Part shown: positions 58,890 through 64,000 of the stretch, one piece after another | Layout: the number at the start of each line of letters is the position of its first letter | Numbering within the stretch: the stretch's first letter is position 1 | Source: Bdellovibrionales bacterium RIFOXYD12_FULL_39_22 | GTDB lineage: Bacteria; Bdellovibrionota; Bacteriovoracia; Bacteriovoracales; Bacteriovoracaceae | Direction of reading: 5' to 3' | Length of the DNA: 64,000 nucleotides | Assembly (NCBI GenBank): GCA_001770205.1 | Contig: MEQL01000060.1 | Span: 1 to 64,000 of the forward strand | Notes under the pieces: model-generated | Told to the model about the DNA's origin: nothing | Databases searched by the model: none | What the model saw: only the letters and a program-made list of their open reading frames with translations | Made by a program: the position numbers and the translations under genes

Positions 58890-59459
58890 TTAAAATAGCA
58901 CCTTAACTGCTAATCCCAATAAAATAATTCCGGCCAGCCCCGAGGCCCACCTTCCCATTAAGTGCCCAGCGCGATTGCCGATAAACGCACCTACAACAGT
59001 CATGGCCAGTGTTACTAGACCTATCACAATAACTGGAAGGCCAATTGATGTCCCATTTATCGCAAAGACCACTCCAATCATCATCGCATCAATACTAGTG
59101 GCAACCGCCAAACTAAGCAAGCAGCGCCAACTGGTGCAAAAACAACGAGTGGTGTCACACATCTGCCCATGAGGAGAAATAGCATCACGCAATGTTTTTA
59201 TGGCCAGTACCAAAAAAACAGCAAACGTTATCCAAAGAGAGATCGGTTCCACCACTGCGCGAACAAATGTTCCAGCATACCAGCCCAACAGTGGCATTCC
59301 TGCTTGAAATAGGCCAAAAGTAGCGGCAATTTTAAAATATTTTGATAAAAAAACATCTCTTAACTTTATTCCACAGCTAATAGAAACAGCAAAGGCATCC
59401 ATTGAAAGTGCTAAGGCCACCATAAAAACCATCTGCAAATCCATCTGACCTTGCTCCAT
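58890..59459 (-). CDS. mntP: Manganese efflux pump
   Basis: ALSMDAFAVS and ATSIDA motifs, FQAGMPLLGW. Confidence 0.93.
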   Translation of the reverse strand: MEQGQMDLQMVFMVALALSMDAFAVSISCGIKLRDVFLSKYFKIAATFGLFQAGMPLLGWYAGTFVRAVVEPISLWITFAVFLVLAIKTLRDAISPHGQMCDTTRCFCTSWRCLLSLAVATSIDAMMIGVVFAINGTSIGLPVIVIGLVTLAMTVVGAFIGNRAGHLMGRWASGLAGIILLGLAVKVLF

Positions 59460-59576
59460 TTTTTTTCGGCTGACATAGGAAACTATACTAAAATTATATT
59501 TTGGCGGTAGTATTGTCTGGTAAAATTAAAAAGATTACAACAAAATTATATGGCCGTTCACAGCAAGAAAGTAGCT

Positions 59577-59612
59577 ATAGACAAATTCAATCCAGCAATA
59601 GGAACGATCGAT
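59577..59612. promoter_or_regulatory. OxyR-like binding site upstream of ahpC
   Basis: ATAG-N7-CAAT-N6-ATAG-N7-CGAT, close to the ATAG-N7-CTAT-N7-ATAG-N7-CTAT consensus. Confidence 0.5.
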
Positions 59613-59697
59613 TTAATTTATCGGCGAAAAAGTTAGATAATGTTGGCAAGTAAGCTAACAAACAGCATTAATGCTAACAACTAACAAGGAGAAAAAA

Positions 59698-60285
59698 ATG
59701 AGCTTAATTAACAAACCAGCACCAGAATTTAAGGCACAGGCGGTAATGGGTGACAACTCTTTTCGCGAAATAAAACTATCCGACTATAAAAATAAATATG
59801 TCGTACTTTTTTTCTATCCACTAGATTTTACCTTTGTTTGTCCATCTGAAATTCTAGCATTTAACCGCAAACTTAACGAATTTAAGGAGCGCAATGTAGA
59901 AGTCATTGCGGTATCGGTAGACTCTCACTTCTCTCATTTGGCCTGGAAAAATACTCCTGTTGAAAAAGGTGGTATTGGCAATATTCAATTTCCCATTGTC
60001 TCAGATTTAAGTAAAAGTATCTCTCGCGACTACGACGTTCTTTTCAACGATACAGTTGCACTCCGCGGACTATTTTTAATTGATAAAAGTGGTATTGTTA
60101 AACATTCCGTAGTGAACGATTTGGGTATTGGAAGAAATATTGACGAAGCACTACGAACCGTAGATGCTCTACAGTACACTGAAAAGCACGGAGAGGTTTG
60201 CCCGGCCGATTGGAAACAAGGAGATGAGGCGATGAAACCGACGGCCAGTGGAGTTGCAACCTATCTTGCTAAACACAATAAATAA
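59698..60285 (+). CDS. ahpC: 2-Cys peroxiredoxin (AhpC/TSA)
   Basis: Start ATG 59698 (AAGGAG RBS); FYPLDFTFVCPSE and GEVCPA. Confidence 0.95.
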   Translation: MSLINKPAPEFKAQAVMGDNSFREIKLSDYKNKYVVLFFYPLDFTFVCPSEILAFNRKLNEFKERNVEVIAVSVDSHFSHLAWKNTPVEKGGIGNIQFPIVSDLSKSISRDYDVLFNDTVALRGLFLIDKSGIVKHSVVNDLGIGRNIDEALRTVDALQYTEKHGEVCPADWKQGDEAMKPTASGVATYLAKHNK

Positions 60286-60300
60286 TAACAGGAGGTATAT

Positions 60301-60687
60301 ATGTTAAAAATTAGTCGTTACCAAGACATTAGTTTAATCGAAAATGAGGCCAAAAAAGATTATGTGGATCGCCACTCTCCTTTTGTTCACTGTAAAACCA
60401 GTGCTAAGGCCGGTGAGAAATTTGAAATTAAAGTGAGAATGGGAAAAGATTATGAACATCCTGATGATTTCGATCACTACATCAGCAACATTTCCATTTT
60501 TGATAAAGACAAAAAGCTTGCAGAAGCAACTTTTTATGCGGGGGCCCTGGGTGGACAAGGAAAAAAAGGACATCAAGAAGTAACTTTTTATGTATTGCTA
60601 GAAAAAGATGCGACCATTACCGCCCAAAGCTACTGCACCAAGCATGGCCTCTGGGAGAGTGATCCAATTAAGGTTTCCGTCTCTTAA
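60301..60687 (+). CDS. Superoxide reductase-like (neelaredoxin/desulfoferrodoxin ferrous domain)
   Basis: DRHSP, HPDDFDHYI and YCTKHGLWE provide the 4His-1Cys iron site. Confidence 0.88.
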   Translation: MLKISRYQDISLIENEAKKDYVDRHSPFVHCKTSAKAGEKFEIKVRMGKDYEHPDDFDHYISNISIFDKDKKLAEATFYAGALGGQGKKGHQEVTFYVLLEKDATITAQSYCTKHGLWESDPIKVSVS

Positions 60688-60743
60688 ATTTTATCGATCA
60701 CCACACACATAAAACGCTCTAAAACAGAGATGCCTTCTTGTTT

Positions 60744-60902
60744 TTAAGGAACGGATGGCATCTCTGTGGCCGGAGCACGATCAGATGATTGCTCTAGTTT
60801 GCTTGCGACATCGGTTCCTCCATTCCAGGAGTGGTAAGCAAAAAACATCACTGCCATCAGCGGAATAAAAACAAAAGCAAAAGCGTAAATTAATTTTTTC
60901 AT
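60744..60902 (-). CDS. Small (52 aa) membrane-anchored/secreted protein not in the ORF track
   Basis: AAGGAG RBS; MKKLIYAFAFVFIPLMAVMFFAYHSWNGGTDVASKLEQSSDRAPATEMPSVP*. Confidence 0.65.
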   Translation of the reverse strand: MKKLIYAFAFVFIPLMAVMFFAYHSWNGGTDVASKLEQSSDRAPATEMPSVP

Positions 60903-60923
60903 ATATTACTCCTTAAGGTAAAA

Positions 60924-60951
60924 GTTTGGCCGACCAAATTATCGGCCAAAC
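60924..60951. terminator. Perfect 10-bp hairpin downstream of the 61026 gene
   Basis: GTTTGGCCGA / TCGGCCAAAC stem, with TTTT following on the - strand. Confidence 0.5.
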
Positions 60952-61025
60952 GCATATAAATAAATTATACGATCTTTGCTAAGATAGTGCCTATCGTGAG
61001 AAATTTTTGCCTAGATTGTCTCTTT

Positions 61026-62375
61026 CTAGAAGACGATAGCGAGATTAGAGTAGATCAAATCATTGGATCTAAAAGAACTCCAATAGGATTCATCCTGTGG
61101 TGAACGCAATAGTTCTGCCCCTAAGGCCAGTTGTAAATGTTTTGCGGGACGATAAATTATCTCATTTTTTAAAATAGTATCTTCCGTTTTTAGATCATAT
61201 TTAAGATTTAATGAGGCCTTAAACTTATCATTTGCCTTATAACCCAGAAGCAGGCCCACCCCGCGTTTCCATTTGATAGCATCTCCAGCAAACAACTCTC
61301 CGGGGCCTTCATCGCTACTTTGAGAATATATGCCAAATAAATTAGTGGAGAATCTATCCCCGTTGTAACCGCTTTTAAGGTGAAAATAGCGGCGCTGTTT
61401 GTATTTTGGAACGATTTGAAAATAATCTGATTCAAAAGTGGGATGCACAGTGGCCAAACTTTCACCAAACACAGGAAATTCCTCTTTAAAATCCCCGTTA
61501 GGATCAACAATTTTATATCCGATTTCCACATCTATTTTAGAAATCTTCTGTGCGATATCTATGCCATAAATCATGTGATGGTTTACGGTGGGAGTAACCG
61601 TAACCTCCACCTGGTCTAGTTCTCTTGCCATATGGCCAACAACATGTTGTCGCCAAAAAGATTCTGGCTTATAGAGGGCGAATCCCGAAATCTCTCCGCT
61701 TTTCCAGCGATAAGAGGGCCGAATACCCAGTCCATTTTGATAGATGACTTCAGAGACTGCCGGGGTCTCCAATCTGTAATAAATTGGCACTTGCGTATCG
61801 TAGTAAGTCATTTGCTTATCTGGTAGAGGCACCCAGCTCTGAGAAGAAGTTATCTTACCTTTTTTAAAAATATATCCCGGGTTTAAGGAGGGTAGATGCA
61901 TTTTGGAAATATAAAGCTGAAGTCCGATATTTTTGCCCCAGTTTTTACTAAAAAATATTCCAAATTTTCCCTCTTGCCGATTATCCGTAGGGCCAAACTC
62001 ACGCAAACCATTTACATCATTTAGCAGCCAAAATTGCTCTGTACTTTCATTCCAAGGAAGAATCCTTCTTCCAATTTCCAAAGAATAAGTTTTTCCGTAA
62101 TGGCCAATATTGATTTCGGCAACTGAAAAAATTTCTCCCTGAGGTTCATATAAATGGCGAATATCACCAACCAAATTACTTCCAAATCGCCCCCAGCGGC
62201 CTTCCACGTCGAGTGAAAGTCCGTAGGCATCTGTCTTAATTTCTCCATTCCCAACTTTGGAATTAACATTCTGATTGGCCTGATAGTAGATATTGCTATC
62301 ACTCTCCGCCTCTGCCCAAAGAGCAAAAGATAAAAGCACTGAGCTTGCTACTGTAACAACGAGTAATTGGAACAT
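61026..62375 (-). CDS. Probable outer-membrane beta-barrel protein
   Basis: Signal peptide, GRRILPW motif, amphipathic strands, ends LAIVF. Confidence 0.6.
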   Translation of the reverse strand: MFQLLVVTVASSVLLSFALWAEAESDSNIYYQANQNVNSKVGNGEIKTDAYGLSLDVEGRWGRFGSNLVGDIRHLYEPQGEIFSVAEINIGHYGKTYSLEIGRRILPWNESTEQFWLLNDVNGLREFGPTDNRQEGKFGIFFSKNWGKNIGLQLYISKMHLPSLNPGYIFKKGKITSSQSWVPLPDKQMTYYDTQVPIYYRLETPAVSEVIYQNGLGIRPSYRWKSGEISGFALYKPESFWRQHVVGHMARELDQVEVTVTPTVNHHMIYGIDIAQKISKIDVEIGYKIVDPNGDFKEEFPVFGESLATVHPTFESDYFQIVPKYKQRRYFHLKSGYNGDRFSTNLFGIYSQSSDEGPGELFAGDAIKWKRGVGLLLGYKANDKFKASLNLKYDLKTEDTILKNEIIYRPAKHLQLALGAELLRSPQDESYWSSFRSNDLIYSNLAIVF

Positions 62376-62596
62376 ATCACCTCAAAATAAAACAACAAGT
62401 TCGACCTAACCTATCTATCAGAAAATAAAAGAACAAGATGTTAGTTTCGTCAATGTAAAATATATATGGGCGCGGAATAATAAACTTACAAAGGGCGATG
62501 TGACAACAATTCTTTGGCCGTCCCGTCAAGTATTGTCTTTTCTTCCACTATAAATTTAAAAGTTGCAATATTCATTGATTCTGGTATTTTAGAAAA

Positions 62597-64000
62597 ATGC
62601 GCCAATTCCAGCTTTATATAGTTACTATCTCATTATTGCTATTGATCTTAAGTAGTTGTGGTGATGATCCCAAAGACAATGCTAGTGCCAGTTTCGTTAA
62701 AGTTGACTGTACTCTTGATCCAGATGTTCTCGCTAAGATCCTAAAGGTTGACGCTAAGGCCCAACTAAAATGTTTAGAGAAAAATTTCAGCGCCTTTGAA
62801 CGCTATGTTGAACGCGAAAATGATGATTACATCTCGCAAGATCAGCTAGGAAATTTTATCTTTAAATTTTTCCAAAAAAACAGCGCCAAAATCTTTTCTG
62901 CGATGAAGCTCTTCTTTAAGATCAATATGCTGGTGCTAAACGATCAATCAAATCGCATTTCTACCGAAAACATTCGAAAAATGACGGCCTTGCTAATAAC
63001 TTCGAATCAAGAAGCGATAAAGCTTAGTAGTATTTTAAAAAATATCAATAACGCAAATTTTGATAAATCTCGCAATGAACTAAAAGAATCACTTCATCGC
63101 TTCACTCGCCTAACTCTTGATGTTATCGATGCCGGAAATAGTGGCCGGGGTGCCGACAGCAACCTCAATATTAAAGACTTCTTAAAAGAACTCAACAGCA
63201 TTGAGGGAGTCGACTTAGATTTGGAAACTATTAATGCTTTTCTCTTTTTGAAAAAATTGCTCGTAGGGGGCGATTCCGATGTCGTAACCGGCCAAGAGTT
63301 AAAATCATTTATCCGCAAACTTCCCGACGTTGCTACTTTAGTTTTTGATATTTACTTTACCTCAATAAGGCCATTCCGCAACGATGCCGATTTATTCAAA
63401 TTCTACGCTAACAAAATATCTGATTTGCAACATTTAATTTTTACTGGCAACCGGAACGATGTCTTATTCAATGTTGACGATTTGATAGTTATTTTACAAA
63501 AAATTCCCAATAACACTACCGAAATGGCCAAATTTAGAAACTCTCTGATGGTTTTTAAAAGCAAGTTTGTAGGAGGAGATCCTGCCGACTACACCTTCGA
63601 TGACTTCATCTTCATAATCTCCGATATAAAAGATCTATTTAAGATGGTCTACTTCAACTATATCACCTATTCCAATGCTGAAATTTCAACCATCATGGAT
63701 TTAGATGCTCCAATTCTCTCTCTTCCGCATCTTAATTTAGAAGAATATAGCTTTTTTACTCCGGGTGAAGTTAGAGCTTTACAGGAAAATTTTCTGACAG
63801 TAGCGCAAAAAACGCGACTATTTAGAACGACCGAAGGATTGCAGTTTTTTACTCAAAATTACCATCGAACCAAGTATGGTTTCAATGAAGCATCTATCAT
63901 TCGTTGGTTTGTCGGACGCCTACACAGCAGTTACGGAGAGCGTGGTGCTACTTCCCGAAATACCTACTACATCTCTCTACCAATCCTGCACAAATTTTTT
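62597..64000 (+). CDS. Large lipoprotein, partial (runs off window end)
   Basis: ATG 62597 gives MRQFQLYIVTISLLLLILSSC (lipobox); absent from the ORF track, consistent with an open frame with no stop before the window end. Confidence 0.75.
   Translation, partial: MRQFQLYIVTISLLLLILSSCGDDPKDNASASFVKVDCTLDPDVLAKILKVDAKAQLKCLEKNFSAFERYVERENDDYISQDQLGNFIFKFFQKNSAKIFSAMKLFFKINMLVLNDQSNRISTENIRKMTALLITSNQEAIKLSSILKNINNANFDKSRNELKESLHRFTRLTLDVIDAGNSGRGADSNLNIKDFLKELNSIEGVDLDLETINAFLFLKKLLVGGDSDVVTGQELKSFIRKLPDVATLVFDIYFTSIRPFRNDADLFKFYANKISDLQHLIFTGNRNDVLFNVDDLIVILQKIPNNTTEMAKFRNSLMVFKSKFVGGDPADYTFDDFIFIISDIKDLFKMVYFNYITYSNAEISTIMDLDAPILSLPHLNLEEYSFFTPGEVRALQENFLTVAQKTRLFRTTEGLQFFTQNYHRTKYGFNEASIIRWFVGRLHSSYGERGATSRNTYYISLPILHKFF

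Noticed and set aside
59460..59576. yybP-ykoY manganese riboswitch upstream of mntP
   Set aside because: Could not find the characteristic conserved elements or stems

Overview
AT-rich bacterial genomic window, most likely Bdellovibrionota (Bacteriovoracia/Oligoflexia-like); this is inferred from the gene families, not from a database search. No rRNA, tRNA, CRISPR array or intact mobile element was recognised. The dominant feature is a ~21 kb envelope-machine locus (5985-26718) made of two convergent operons. The + strand operon encodes an outer-membrane barrel, a GltC-like TPR protein, a GltD/AgmU-like TPR protein and a second barrel. The - strand operon encodes an AglR/Q/S-type (ExbB/ExbD/ExbD) proton motor, GltF-like and GltG-like (TonB-like) proteins, a membrane Ser/Thr kinase, a cysteine-rich Sel1-repeat protein and four lipoproteins: two with a VWA domain (intact MIDAS) plus Ca-binding thrombospondin-3-like repeats, one VWA-less paralog and one PKD-like protein. 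The AglQ-position subunit lacks the normally essential transmembrane Asp. Upstream lies a small lipid/polyketide module (stand-alone PKS-type dehydratase, FabF-like ketosynthase, LolA-like protein, OM barrel). The right half is mostly housekeeping (cdsA-like, lolE-like, fadIJ, waaA, lysC, ettA, mntP, ahpC, superoxide reductase) plus many lineage-specific lipoproteins, and a two-gene operon with a fold-type-II PLP enzyme and a single-chain PreT-PreA dihydropyrimidine dehydrogenase with altered substrate-site residues. Sequence-level signals include strong GGCC over-representation, several apparently leaderless promoters, TetR operator palindromes and an OxyR-like box.
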